Positions 26,652 to 36,838 of a DNA stretch of 53,686 nucleotides are shown here, in pieces. The notes beneath the pieces are model-generated. The model worked only from the letters and a program-made list of their open reading frames with translations. It had not been told where the DNA came from and searched no databases. The stretch's first letter is position 1, and each line of letters opens with the position of its first letter. A program made the translations under genes and the position numbers. The stretch comes from Candidatus Zixiibacteriota bacterium (GTDB taxonomy: Bacteria > Zixibacteria > MSB-5A5 > GN15 > JAAZOE01), in contig JBDREQ010000010.1 in NCBI GenBank assembly GCA_043819555.1, positions 1 through 53,686 of the forward strand, given 5' to 3'.

Positions 26652-27325
26652 CCGTCTAACTGTCCTTTATCCAGATGTCGTATTTTACTTGCCTTGTCAG
26701 CGGCATTAGGATCATGAGTAACCATAATGATGGTTTTGTTAAATTCATTATTCAAACGAGTCATTAATATTAATATCTCATCAGCCGATTTTTTATCAAG
26801 ATCACCGGTAGGCTCATCCGCTAGAATTAAAGCAGGATCTGATACAATGGCGCGCGCAATGGCCACTCGCTGTTCCTGCCCCCCGGAAAGTTGGCGTGGA
26901 TAATGCTTCATCCGGTCTGATAATCCGACAATTGACAGCGCAGTCTCAACATGTTGCCGCCGTTCTTTTTTTGAAAGATTTGTCAAAAGCAGAGGCATTT
27001 CCACATTTTCAAAAGCGGTCAGAACAGGCAGAAGGTTGTAGAATTGAAAAATAAATCCGATATTATGAGATCGCCATTTGGCCAGGCGTTTTTCTCTCAT
27101 ATTCCCAATATCTTCGCCGGCGACTCGCAGAGTTCCAGAAGTCGGCTGATCAATTCCGGCAATCAAGTTTAAAAGAGTGGTTTTGCCTGATCCGGATGGC
27201 CCCATTAACGCCAGAAACTGGTTTTCCTCAATGTCCAAATCAATATTCTGTAGAACCGGAATTTCAAGTTCATTTCTGAAATATGATTTATTTACGCCGC
27301 GAATTTCGACTATTGAATTATTCAT
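26648..27325 (-). CDS. ABC transporter ATP-binding protein (LolD/MacB-like)
   Basis: [34 protein letters not shown]. Confidence 0.97.
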   Translation of the reverse strand: MNNSIVEIRGVNKSYFRNELEIPVLQNIDLDIEENQFLALMGPSGSGKTTLLNLIAGIDQPTSGTLRVAGEDIGNMREKRLAKWRSHNIGFIFQFYNLLPVLTAFENVEMPLLLTNLSKKERRQHVETALSIVGLSDRMKHYPRQLSGGQEQRVAIARAIVSDPALILADEPTGDLDKKSADEILILMTRLNNEFNKTIIMVTHDPNAADKASKIRHLDKGQLDG

Positions 27326-27342
27326 CTGCTTTAACCCTGAGT

Positions 27343-28536
27343 TTAATTACTAATTTCGACCTTATCTCCATCTTTTAATCCTCCGGGAGGATTGAGAATA
27401 ACTTTCATCCCGGCGCTGACACCGGAAATAATCTCGGTCAACTCGCCCATCTCTTTGCCCGGCTCAACTCTGGCAATTCGGGCATATTCGCCGTCGCAGA
27501 CGAAAATAACATCCTTGCCCTCACGTTGAGCGATTGCGTTCCTTTTCACAACCAATACCTGTATTAAATCTTCCGCTTCGTGTTCTTCAACCGGCAGAAA
27601 ATTTACCCTGGCCGACATTTCAGGAAGTACGCCGTCATTTTTCTCCCTGAACGCGATTTTGACCATAACTGTCGCGCGACTGCGGTCGGCCGTGGGAACA
27701 ATCTTTTTGACAAAGCCGCTATATTTAATGGAAGGATATGCATCCAAAATAATCTCGCATGGTTGCCCCGGAACAACTTTTTGAATATTTGATTCGGAGA
27801 CGTCCGCTTCCACTTCCAAAGACGACATATCCGCAATAGTAACGACCGCGCCGCGCGATGACGCCGAAGCGGCCAAAGGCGCCACCATTTCACCGACGTC
27901 GGCATCCTTGGTCAGAACCGTGCCGTCAAAAGGCGCTCGGATAATGGTGTTTTCCAACGCGACTTCGGCAGCCCGTATCTGGGCATTACCGGCTTGTACA
28001 TTGGCAATTGCTTTTTGGAATCCGGCGGTCGCTTGGTCAAAAACCTCCTGAGTCGCAAAACCCGCATCAAGTAATTTTTTCTGTCGATTGTAATGCAGGT
28101 GGGCTTCTATTGAGTCCGCTTGATACTGTCTAAGATACGCTTTAAATAAATCCAGGTTGGCAGTAATATCGTCGTTTTCCAATCTGGCAATGACGTTTCC
28201 TTTCCGCACCATATCGCCCTCTTCGACATTCAGGCTGATCAGGCGGCCGGTCGCCTTTGACGAAACTGACGCCTTAATTTGAGCCACGACATATCCGGTT
28301 GCGACCAGATCAATATTTGCCTCGGGTCCGGACAAATACCGCACAGTATCGATATTTACTTTCTTTGCCGGTGCAACTTCCTTTAACGTGTACTGATAAC
28401 CAAAATAGAGCACGGCGGGGATGAGTATCCAGAAAAAATTGAGCCATTTTTTTTTGCCGCCGGAGCGAGTTTTTTTGGAATCGCGATTAATTTTCAAACC
28501 GGACAAATCTGCGTTTTCTGCGTTTTTTTCTTCCAT
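27343..28536 (-). CDS. Efflux periplasmic adaptor (MacA/HlyD-like)
   Basis: N-terminal TM; lipoyl/hairpin architecture IRAPFDGTV; EADVSES. Start could be TTG 28545. Confidence 0.92.
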   Translation of the reverse strand: MEEKNAENADLSGLKINRDSKKTRSGGKKKWLNFFWILIPAVLYFGYQYTLKEVAPAKKVNIDTVRYLSGPEANIDLVATGYVVAQIKASVSSKATGRLISLNVEEGDMVRKGNVIARLENDDITANLDLFKAYLRQYQADSIEAHLHYNRQKKLLDAGFATQEVFDQATAGFQKAIANVQAGNAQIRAAEVALENTIIRAPFDGTVLTKDADVGEMVAPLAASASSRGAVVTIADMSSLEVEADVSESNIQKVVPGQPCEIILDAYPSIKYSGFVKKIVPTADRSRATVMVKIAFREKNDGVLPEMSARVNFLPVEEHEAEDLIQVLVVKRNAIAQREGKDVIFVCDGEYARIARVEPGKEMGELTEIISGVSAGMKVILNPPGGLKDGDKVEISN

Positions 28537-29003
28537 AATTCCCAATTTAAATTTTTTATTGCCATATAAACATCACTTTTTAGTCATAGTTCACGACAAC
28601 TCAATATATTTCATGACCCATTTCAGGCCAAGTAAATTCTTTATCGGCGATCATAATCTGATAAAAAATAAATCATTATGCTTAATAGGGCTGGTCTAAA
28701 GGACTTACCTTGTAAAACGCCAAAAATGGGCTAATCTTCTTACCCTCAGAAAGGCATACTATAAAATAAATCGTTTTTTACAATAATAAATGTAGGTTTT
28801 TGACGGAGTACTTGTTATGTTGCATAGTTAAAAATTCATTTTTGAGTTCGACCTTTATCGTAGTTTTGTCTTCTACCACATCACACCGCTAAAGCTTAAT
28901 CTCGAATTGATGGCGCAATCATGCGCAATATATCATTTATCCTGAAGCCTCTGTCTTCTTCGGAACGCAGACCTATTCGGGATAAACAACTACGGAGTGT
29001 AGA

Positions 29004-29285
29004 ATGAATATCTACATCGGAAACATGTCGTTCGATACGACAGAAGATCAATTACGCCAGGCCTTCGCGGGTTTTGGTGAAGTCTCTACCGTCAACATTA
29101 TTAAAGACAAGTACAGTGGTGAGCCGAAAGGCTTCGCGTTTGTCGAGATGTCTGACAAAAACGAGGCAATGGCTGCCATCAGCGGCCTGCATGAACAGGA
29201 TCTGAATGGACGCGCGTTGAATGTCAACGAAGCAAAGCCGCGCACTCAAAGCGGCGGCGGCAACGGCTCTCGCAGATCGTATTAA
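29004..29285 (+). CDS. RRM RNA-binding protein
   Basis: RNP2 IYIGNM; RNP1 KGFAFVEM; Gly-rich tail. Confidence 0.96.
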   Translation: MNIYIGNMSFDTTEDQLRQAFAGFGEVSTVNIIKDKYSGEPKGFAFVEMSDKNEAMAAISGLHEQDLNGRALNVNEAKPRTQSGGGNGSRRSY

Positions 29286-29334
29286 TGGCAAAGAAAAGAA
29301 ACCTGCGCTAATTCTGGCGCGGGATCTGTTTCAG

Positions 29335-29369
29335 AGGAGATTGGCTTATGGCTAATCTCCTTTTTTTTT
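29335..29369 (+). terminator. Intrinsic terminator
   Basis: AGGAGATTGGC-TTATG-GCTAATCTCCT followed by a T run. Confidence 0.85.
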
Positions 29370-29428
29370 CCTATTTTTGATGATGCGTGAGTTACAGGCA
29401 GGCACAGTGTCGCATACTATCCCGGGTA

Positions 29429-30994
29429 TCAGGCCGCGCCAAGATTGGGAATTTCACAAGAGGAATATGCCGTCTCTGATTTCGAGAGATAGGCGTTGGG
29501 ATTGTGGAGTATTGCTCCCTCCGGCAGCCAATCCCAAAACTCACCGAGATCTTTACGAATCCTCTCCACGAAATATTCGGGAATCTCGGTTGTCTCTTGT
29601 TCAAAGAAACGCCGGAATGGCGGGTCGGTGTCCAGCCTCTTTCGCATCTCAGTATAATATTTGATTCTGCCAAATCGTTCTGATGAAAACCCGCGAACGA
29701 CATTCAGCCATCTCGGAATAGTCTCTCCATTTGCCAAAAACCGCCGAACCAGCATGCTGGAAGAATAGGAGTACTTCGTAATATCGATAAGATTATCATA
29801 AAGCTCTGACCATGAGTAGTTTTTTGGTCTAATATTCATCTGAACGTTGCTGAGAAAGTGAAAGGGAAACGGCAAGACCCGATTGGCTTTTTGAAATTCG
29901 AGATTCAATGGCGCCGCCAGACCGAATGCCGAGAGCATTGAAAAGGCAGGAAAGGCGCCCGGGCTGAGATCCAAAAACCGCTTGGTAAGTTCAAACGGCT
30001 CTACCCCCGTATCAATATCAAGTCCGAAAATATGATTGGTTTGGACATAGGGGATATGCCGCAGAATCATGTTGACATGATCAGAAACTTTTTTGACCTT
30101 ATCCATCCCCATCGTATCCCCGGTCCTTGATTTCTTACTCAGCTCAAACCAGGATTCAATTCCCGGCAACAAAGCCTTGAAACCATTACGCTTAAGGCGT
30201 TTGACACGAGACTCCGATAGCAATGAAAGGGTCGATTCGGCAACGAAGTCGATGCGGCCGGGAGGCACTACTTCCTCTATTGCCTCCATACAATTATCGA
30301 ATCTGACGCCGAAGTTTGGATCGTGCCATGCCACTCGGGGATGTTTCAATTTACCCATCAGAAAAAGCAGATCTTTTTTCATCCCCTCAGCATCAAATGG
30401 CTGGTAAGGTACCGACGAATCGATACAGAAGTTGCATGAATACGGACAACCCAGGCTGCTTAAGAGGGGAACCAGCTTAATGAATGGCGCTTTTTGCAGA
30501 CTTTTTTCAATGAATTTCCAGCGTTCACTTACACCGGGCAGGCGAACAGGATGCCGGTTGGCGGAGAAATACAAACCAATGGGGCGGTGCTGAGAGCAAT
30601 CCCGCAGGACTTCCAGAATTATCGCTTCATCGGTAAATCCCAGCGCATAATCAAAGTATTTTAGGGCATCATGCGGGTAGCACCGGGCATGGGGACCGCC
30701 AATGGCGGTGATCGCTCCACGCGAACGGAATAGATTACTGAGCGCGTACGATAACAAAGCCGCTTCGGTAAATGAGCTTATAAAAACAAAATCAACCTCG
30801 TCCGGTAATTCCTTAATGAGGTTTTCCCGACCCGTATATGTGACCAGAGTAACTTCATGCCCTTGTCTTTCACACCATGTAGCGATAACCTGAGGCATGA
30901 TGCTAACGAAGTTTGCTCCCATGACGCGCATCCAAATTGTTCGCGTCGGAGCTTTTGCCACAAGATCAATAATACCAATTTTCAGTTTACGCAT
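29429..30994 (-). CDS. B12-binding radical SAM protein
   Basis: N-terminal cobalamin-binding-like domain (IGGPHA); CPYSCNFC motif. Confidence 0.88.
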   Translation of the reverse strand: MRKLKIGIIDLVAKAPTRTIWMRVMGANFVSIMPQVIATWCERQGHEVTLVTYTGRENLIKELPDEVDFVFISSFTEAALLSYALSNLFRSRGAITAIGGPHARCYPHDALKYFDYALGFTDEAIILEVLRDCSQHRPIGLYFSANRHPVRLPGVSERWKFIEKSLQKAPFIKLVPLLSSLGCPYSCNFCIDSSVPYQPFDAEGMKKDLLFLMGKLKHPRVAWHDPNFGVRFDNCMEAIEEVVPPGRIDFVAESTLSLLSESRVKRLKRNGFKALLPGIESWFELSKKSRTGDTMGMDKVKKVSDHVNMILRHIPYVQTNHIFGLDIDTGVEPFELTKRFLDLSPGAFPAFSMLSAFGLAAPLNLEFQKANRVLPFPFHFLSNVQMNIRPKNYSWSELYDNLIDITKYSYSSSMLVRRFLANGETIPRWLNVVRGFSSERFGRIKYYTEMRKRLDTDPPFRRFFEQETTEIPEYFVERIRKDLGEFWDWLPEGAILHNPNAYLSKSETAYSSCEIPNLGAA

Positions 30995-31254
30995 TAATCT
31001 CCAGTCTTAAAAAAATTCTAACCGCACAATAGTTAGATGTGCAAGAACTATCTTCTAACCAATCACCAAACCACTCATTGCTCTGTGAGGTTGCGAGAAT
31101 TACCGTATTTATTCCAAAACGATTAACGCCACAGGAGCCAGTAATGGTAATCTATATCAATGTTACGCAATTAGAACGATATTCCCAATCATTCAAAGGA
31201 TTGAAAAGAGAATTAGTCCCTAAGATTGAGATGCTATGAATTAGTCTCTGAGTT

Positions 31255-31923
31255 TCAATTGCGAGATTGCCTGACCATTCCCTCGGAAAGGGCGAAACTG
31301 GCCAGCTCCAACCGGCTATGGAGAGCAAGTTTTTCCAACGTGTTATGGACGTGGCTCTTGACCGTATGAACCGCGATATTAAGTTCGCGGGCAATTTCCT
31401 TGTTGCTCCTTCCCCTTGCAATGAGATCGACAACTTCGTGTTCGCGTCGGGTTAACCTGACCGCTTTCATAAAACGGTCAGCTTTCCCGCTTTGGACCGC
31501 GTATTCAACAATGTGGGAAAAAAGAGATTGGGTAAGAGACGGCGGCAGTACTTTCTTTCCTTCCGCGACCGACCTTATGGTATGCAGAAAATCATCGATG
31601 GTAGCGTCTTTGAGTATGAAGCCCGAGACGCCCGCCTTGACGAATTCGACGACTTCGGCCTGTACCGGCATCAGATCCATCACCACGATTTCGGCTTTTG
31701 GATAGTCCCTCTTGATAAGTTCCGCGATTCGCAGGCTGTTTTGGCTCCTCAGGCCAAGATCGAGAAGAACAACCTGAGGCTTGATTCTCTTCGCTTTCTC
31801 CCGGGCATCGCCATTACCCGTTGACGACACAGCCCGTATATCCGGTTGTTCATTAAGCATGGCGGTTATGCCTTCGCACAAAAGACGATTATCTTCTATC
31901 AAAAGCACGCGAATCTTCGGCAC
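31255..31923 (-). CDS. NarL/LuxR-family response regulator (no kinase in this window)
   Basis: Receiver IED..LLDLGL..GFILK; LTRREHEVVDLIARGRSNKEIARELNIAVHTVKSH. Confidence 0.95.
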   Translation of the reverse strand: MPKIRVLLIEDNRLLCEGITAMLNEQPDIRAVSSTGNGDAREKAKRIKPQVVLLDLGLRSQNSLRIAELIKRDYPKAEIVVMDLMPVQAEVVEFVKAGVSGFILKDATIDDFLHTIRSVAEGKKVLPPSLTQSLFSHIVEYAVQSGKADRFMKAVRLTRREHEVVDLIARGRSNKEIARELNIAVHTVKSHVHNTLEKLALHSRLELASFALSEGMVRQSRN

Positions 31924-32295
31924 GTGTAATTTCTCCTTAATTATTGAAGACCCTGCTAATAAATAAAATATAACCTCAATTTGTCAACAGGAAAACTGGG
32001 TTTTCTGAGAAACTTTGTATACTGCAAGAAACTCCTTGACATCATTACGATTTTAATGACTATGTTTTTGCCAGTGAAGATAAAGTATTTAGATTTTTTT
32101 GGGATATTCGCTCTGGAATGGCAAAGCATAAAAACTGTTAAATATAGAATATTTTGAACCAGATAATGTGCAATGAAACGTAAGGCTTTATTAAACAATT
32201 AATTATAGCAGTTTTCCCTTGTGCGGCTCAGGAAATTGGGCTGATTATTTTTTGAAGATTTTCTAAAATAATTCAAAAAAATGCAAAATTTTACT

Positions 32296-32345
32296 TGACC
32301 AATATGTCAAATATGACGATACTGTCAAAAATGACAAAGGTGTCA
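32296..32345. promoter_or_regulatory. Three TGAC-N6-GTCA operators, 18-bp period
   Basis: Boxes at 32296, 32314 and 32332, overlapping the TetR gene start. Confidence 0.75.
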
Positions 32346-33020
32346 AATTTGGTTGAAGAAACAATAAGGACTAAAAGCCCAATTCGGGGAAAGCAGTCAC
32401 GGCAACGACGTGGGTATGAGCGGACTCGAGAGAAACTAATAAATGCGGCCAGATCCGTTTTGACCGAAAGGGGGCTTTCCGCTTCGGTGGATGAGATTAC
32501 TCAGCGAGCCGATGTTGCCCGCGGTAGTTTCTATTACCACTTTAAAAGCAAGGGAAGGCTAATAAGTTTACTGGTCGATGATATCCTTGCCAAATTGACT
32601 CAAAAAATGAATGATGAGTGCTCTAATAAGAAGGGTCTTGAGTCAATGCTGGATGGAATTATTCAGGTCCATATTAAATTCTTCTCTGAGCGCTGGGAGG
32701 ATTTTGTTCTTTACTACCAGGGACGCGCCGATTTGACTCTGGATGATTCGTATGACGGACTTGAAAAACCGTTTTTAAAATATGCCAAGAGCATAGAAAA
32801 GTTGTTAGATGCCAGCATTTCCGAACCAATTTCGGATACCAGGCTTCGTCGTGTCGCCAACGCTATTGCCGGATTTATTTCGGGATATTACTCTTTTGCC
32901 AGCGTGGCTTCACCGGAACAGGATATCGACAAGGAGTTTCAATCGTTAAGGACCGCCTTTGTCACCAGCCTCGCTCGATTCGCAAGAGAGGCCATGCCCG
33001 AGAGTCAGGTAAAGTGGTAA
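32331..33020 (+). CDS. TetR/AcrR-family regulator
   Basis: TREKLINAA..SVDEITQRADVARGSFYYHFKSK. Start uncertain (32331 or 32349). Confidence 0.93.
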   Translation: MTKVSNLVEETIRTKSPIRGKQSRQRRGYERTREKLINAARSVLTERGLSASVDEITQRADVARGSFYYHFKSKGRLISLLVDDILAKLTQKMNDECSNKKGLESMLDGIIQVHIKFFSERWEDFVLYYQGRADLTLDDSYDGLEKPFLKYAKSIEKLLDASISEPISDTRLRRVANAIAGFISGYYSFASVASPEQDIDKEFQSLRTAFVTSLARFAREAMPESQVKW

Positions 33021-33405
33021 GGCATGGATAAATCAAATCTATTTAAATGGAGATTCCAATTTCGGTTGGCAGTCAATTATTTCCAAAAGTCAACCACTCC
33101 TGCGGAACATTTTGTATTGAGTCGTCAAGTTGGTTCGGTTCACGAGGAGACTTAACCGGACACGGGGAAGGCGGCTTCAGGCCTACCGCCTGAATCACGT
33201 ACCTTTGCAGCCCGTATCTGAGGATTGCGAGGAATAGAGTACATATCAAGACAAGTGAATAATCAAACCGAAAGGTTCGACAAACATTTGCGAATCGGCC
33301 AGAACTCGTATGGTGCAAAGAACTGCCCAAGCGTTCGAATGACCGGCATTTAATGAGGCTTTTGTGTGACATGAAAATAATGTTAGAAAATTGTGGAGAT
33401 ATGTA

Positions 33406-33966
33406 ATGAAAACGAAGTATTGGATCTTGGCTACATTAGCTGTCATGCTAATTATCATACCGTTTCTCAATACCGGTATGGGACAAGATCCCGAGGATCC
33501 TGTTGACGAGCCAATTGAAGAGTATGAGTATGAAGAGGAAATCCTACCCATACTGAGAACGGCAAAAGAATATGGATCGCTTGATACTTTTCTGTTGCTC
33601 TTGCGCAAATGCGGTCTAAATGAGGAATTGAATGGGGATGGGCCTTATACACTGTTTATTCCCGACGATTCCGCATTTGCCGATCTTAAACCAGAAATAT
33701 GGGAGAAACTAAACGCCGATGGTGATTATCTTAAGGCGATTATTTCCCAGCACATAGTTATCGGTCATGAAATTGAATTCGGCGAAGAGTCTCGGACTTT
33801 TACCATCAAAGTCCAAAGCGGCGATGAAATCAGCGCCGAGGTTACTGAGGAATCGGTGCGTCTTGACCACTCATGGATAATCGATGAATGGATTGAGTGC
33901 ACCAATGGTGTAATTCATGTTATTGATTCCGTCCTTCTTCCTCTAAAAGGGAAGCAGAAGGGCTAA
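33406..33966 (+). CDS. Secreted fasciclin (FAS1) domain protein
   Basis: Signal peptide; GPYTLFIPDDSAF; CTNGVIHVIDSVLLP. ATG 33406 follows GGAG. Confidence 0.92.
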   Translation: MKTKYWILATLAVMLIIIPFLNTGMGQDPEDPVDEPIEEYEYEEEILPILRTAKEYGSLDTFLLLLRKCGLNEELNGDGPYTLFIPDDSAFADLKPEIWEKLNADGDYLKAIISQHIVIGHEIEFGEESRTFTIKVQSGDEISAEVTEESVRLDHSWIIDEWIECTNGVIHVIDSVLLPLKGKQKG

Positions 33967-33969
33967 CCG

Positions 33970-34013
33970 GAGCGCATCCTGCTTTCGGCATTACGGCATT
34001 AGCGGATGCGCTC
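33970..34013 (+). other. Intergenic stem-loop (no U tract)
   Basis: GAGCGCATCC / GGATGCGCTC perfect 10-bp inverted repeat. Confidence 0.6.
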
Positions 34014-34027
34014 AAAACCAACTCTTT

Positions 34028-34492
34028 ATGGAGTGCCAAACTGTGAAAACAAAATTTGCGGCCGGCGCCGCTGTAGAACAGGCCGTTGAACGGCTGACGG
34101 CTTATGAGGAATTAAAACAATTTGGTTCCGATGAAATCGAAAATGCCTGGGGATTGGCTTGTAGTTTTGATATTTATGATTGTAATCCCGATACCATTCG
34201 TAATGCCGATGAAATCAAAAGATTCGTTTATGAACTGTGCGAATTGATTGAGATGAAAAGATTCGGCGAATGCGTGGTAGTTAATTTTGGTGAAGACGAA
34301 CGCGTGGCGGGTTTTTCAATGACCCAGCTTATAGAAACTTCCCTTATCTCGGCTCATTTTGCCAACGCCTCCAATACGACTTATCTGGATGTATTCAGTT
34401 GTAAACCATATGACCCGGAAGTCGTGGAAGAATTCGCTCTTGATTTCTTTGGCGGTTCACGTTGCGTTACAAATGTGTCTTTGAGGCTTTAA
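34028..34492 (+). CDS. Pyruvoyl-dependent S-adenosylmethionine decarboxylase-like proenzyme
   Basis: DIYDC; GFSMTQLIETSLISAHF; YLDVFSC. Start may be GTG 34043. Confidence 0.85.
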   Translation: MECQTVKTKFAAGAAVEQAVERLTAYEELKQFGSDEIENAWGLACSFDIYDCNPDTIRNADEIKRFVYELCELIEMKRFGECVVVNFGEDERVAGFSMTQLIETSLISAHFANASNTTYLDVFSCKPYDPEVVEEFALDFFGGSRCVTNVSLRL

Positions 34493-34494
34493 CC

Positions 34495-35493
34495 ATGCGT
34501 CAGATTCGTATTATCACAGATTTACGGGAATGTCGCCGGCTCTGGGAACAGGTAATTCCAAAAGAGTTGGTTTCAGACCTCTGGCAAGTCCGCGCCTGCT
34601 TTCAAAATCAATATGGACATCCGCCTTGCTTCATTTTGGCCGAGGAGGATGGTAACATAACCGGTTTTCTGCCTCTCAGCTGGAACAATGAGACAGGTCA
34701 TTACAATTACTTTCCCGGAGAAACATGGGAAGGCAAAACCTGGCTGGAACAGAATCGTATTATTGTTAAGGATCGCCACACTCTTGATGCCATGTTGGCC
34801 GGTTTGGATAAACCGTATCATCTCAGATACCTTCGCAAAGATGGGAATTGGGATAAGATCGATGAGGGTACGGATGAAACGGGTTATCTTTTTATTCCCG
34901 ATAATTATGATTATGATATGGATCGCTACTTCGATGCCTTTTCGCACAAAACTTCCAAAAAGCTCAAGAAGGAATTAGCTGTCTGGGATAATCATAAGGT
35001 AGAGTGGCGATTTGACAAGCTGGAAGATTTTGAAATTCTATGCCAGATGAATATCAGCCGATATGGACGGTTGTCATATTTCCATGATAATCGTTTTTTA
35101 GAAAGTTTTCGCTCTCTTTTGCGATTTTTGGACGACCAGAATTGGCTGCGCATTGTGACTGTAATCGTTGACGGTGTCCCGGCGGCTGTGGATATGGGCA
35201 GTCTTTACAATGGTATGCTCACCATGCTTGCGGGAGGGACCAATGGAGACTTCCGGGGTATCGCCAAGCTGATTAATATACATCACATGACCTATGTCTG
35301 CGAAAATAGGTTAGACAGCGTCGATTTCCTGTGCGGCGATTTTAATTGGAAAACTCTGTTTCACTTGACGCCGGCGCCTCTATATGTTCTTGAGGGTAAC
35401 CCGGAAGCGATATCTAAAAAGGCCTTAGCCGCATCAAATTATTTCGCGCCGCGGGTCCCTGTGCACGGCATGCGGGGAGCGCCTCATGCCTGA
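34495..35493 (+). CDS. GNAT-fold (CelD/BcsL-like) acyltransferase
   Basis: ITGFLPL; YFDAFSHKTSKKLKKE; GIAKLIN..VDFLCGDFNWK. Confidence 0.75.
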   Translation: MRQIRIITDLRECRRLWEQVIPKELVSDLWQVRACFQNQYGHPPCFILAEEDGNITGFLPLSWNNETGHYNYFPGETWEGKTWLEQNRIIVKDRHTLDAMLAGLDKPYHLRYLRKDGNWDKIDEGTDETGYLFIPDNYDYDMDRYFDAFSHKTSKKLKKELAVWDNHKVEWRFDKLEDFEILCQMNISRYGRLSYFHDNRFLESFRSLLRFLDDQNWLRIVTVIVDGVPAAVDMGSLYNGMLTMLAGGTNGDFRGIAKLINIHHMTYVCENRLDSVDFLCGDFNWKTLFHLTPAPLYVLEGNPEAISKKALAASNYFAPRVPVHGMRGAPHA

Positions 35494-36838
35494 TCGTCGG
35501 GTATTGGTAGTCGGGACCACACCGGATTATATTGCTTATATCGATAAGCATTATCCGGGGCGGGCTCTGTTTTTAACCGATACTATTCACCGTACCGGCA
35601 TCAGTGAAACTGTGCCTGATGCCTCCAGCGAAATTGTCACCCATCTATCTGATTCAAGCAATGTTCCGGATACCATAGAAAACCACCTGAAGGCAAAACG
35701 TCAGAGCCTGTCCGGGGTGGTATGCTACGACTGCGAATGGCTAATTTTGGCGGCCACACTGGCCGAGCATTTCGACCTGAGTTTTCCTTCGGTCGAATCG
35801 GTCCGGCTAAGCAGAGATAAATATTTATCGAAAATCAGATGGCTTGAAAAAGGTATACGCTGTCCCAGAGTTGAATTGATTAATAATGCCTGGCAGGTAT
35901 CCGGTCTTACCGAACGTATTGGCGGCTCAGTTGTCCTTAAACCGCTGACTGGTTCGGGAAGTGAATTGACTTTTCTCTGCCATGATAATTATGATTCAGC
36001 CATTACCTTTCGCGCAATAAGAGAAGGCTTATTGTGGAGATCCGATAATCCTCTATACAAAACAAATCATACTAATGAACAAAAGGCGATTGAACCGGTG
36101 GTTTTGGCCGAAGAATTTTTTGAGGGCCGCGAATACAGCGCCGATTTTATAATTGCGGACACCGGTATTCAATTAATCCGAGTCGCAAAGAAACTCCGCG
36201 ACGAATCTCTTCCGTTCGGCACGACAGCGGCCTACGTTGTTCCGGCTAAACTCCCTGAAGGCATCAATCATGATGAGCTTGCGGCAAAACTATTCAACGC
36301 GGCAGAAGCATTGGGTCTGGATAATGCCGTCTGTATGGCGGACTTCATCATCAATAAAAATGATATAGTTATTCTCGAACTGACTCCGAGGATTGGGGGA
36401 GATTGCCTGCCTCCACTCATTCGGCATTGCTGCGGCCTTGATACGATTGGACTGGCATTCGATTTGGCGGAAGGCCGCAGGATATCTATTCCTTCGCGGG
36501 AAAAATGGCGTGTAATGGTCGGATTGCGCTTATTTGCATCCGATAATGGAACTCTGCGGAAAATCGATTGCACGGCTCTGAACGATGATCCCCGGGTGAA
36601 AGAGATTTATCTGAAACGGATACCGGGTCACGAGATTGCGCTTCCACCGGATGATTATGATTCAAGGATATTGGGCCATGTTATTTTTGAGCCGCATCCC
36701 GATCAGCAGATTTCCCTGCAATGTGATCAAATAAAAGAAAAAATTTCGATTATTGTGGAGCAGTATCATGACCAGGAGCTCTTACGGTTTAATAATGAGA
36801 TTCGCCGAATTGCTCAAGCGCCAGATCCCCAGGCTTGA
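35486..36838 (+). CDS. ATP-grasp amino acid/amine ligase-like protein
   Basis: SRDKY; VVLKPLTGSGS; EEFFEGREYS; ILELTPRIGG; C-terminal LAL-type domain. Confidence 0.88.
   Translation: MPDRRVLVVGTTPDYIAYIDKHYPGRALFLTDTIHRTGISETVPDASSEIVTHLSDSSNVPDTIENHLKAKRQSLSGVVCYDCEWLILAATLAEHFDLSFPSVESVRLSRDKYLSKIRWLEKGIRCPRVELINNAWQVSGLTERIGGSVVLKPLTGSGSELTFLCHDNYDSAITFRAIREGLLWRSDNPLYKTNHTNEQKAIEPVVLAEEFFEGREYSADFIIADTGIQLIRVAKKLRDESLPFGTTAAYVVPAKLPEGINHDELAAKLFNAAEALGLDNAVCMADFIINKNDIVILELTPRIGGDCLPPLIRHCCGLDTIGLAFDLAEGRRISIPSREKWRVMVGLRLFASDNGTLRKIDCTALNDDPRVKEIYLKRIPGHEIALPPDDYDSRILGHVIFEPHPDQQISLQCDQIKEKISIIVEQYHDQELLRFNNEIRRIAQAPDPQA

Noticed and set aside
32295..32330. N-terminal extension of TetR
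   Set aside because: Better explained as operator repeats read in frame.
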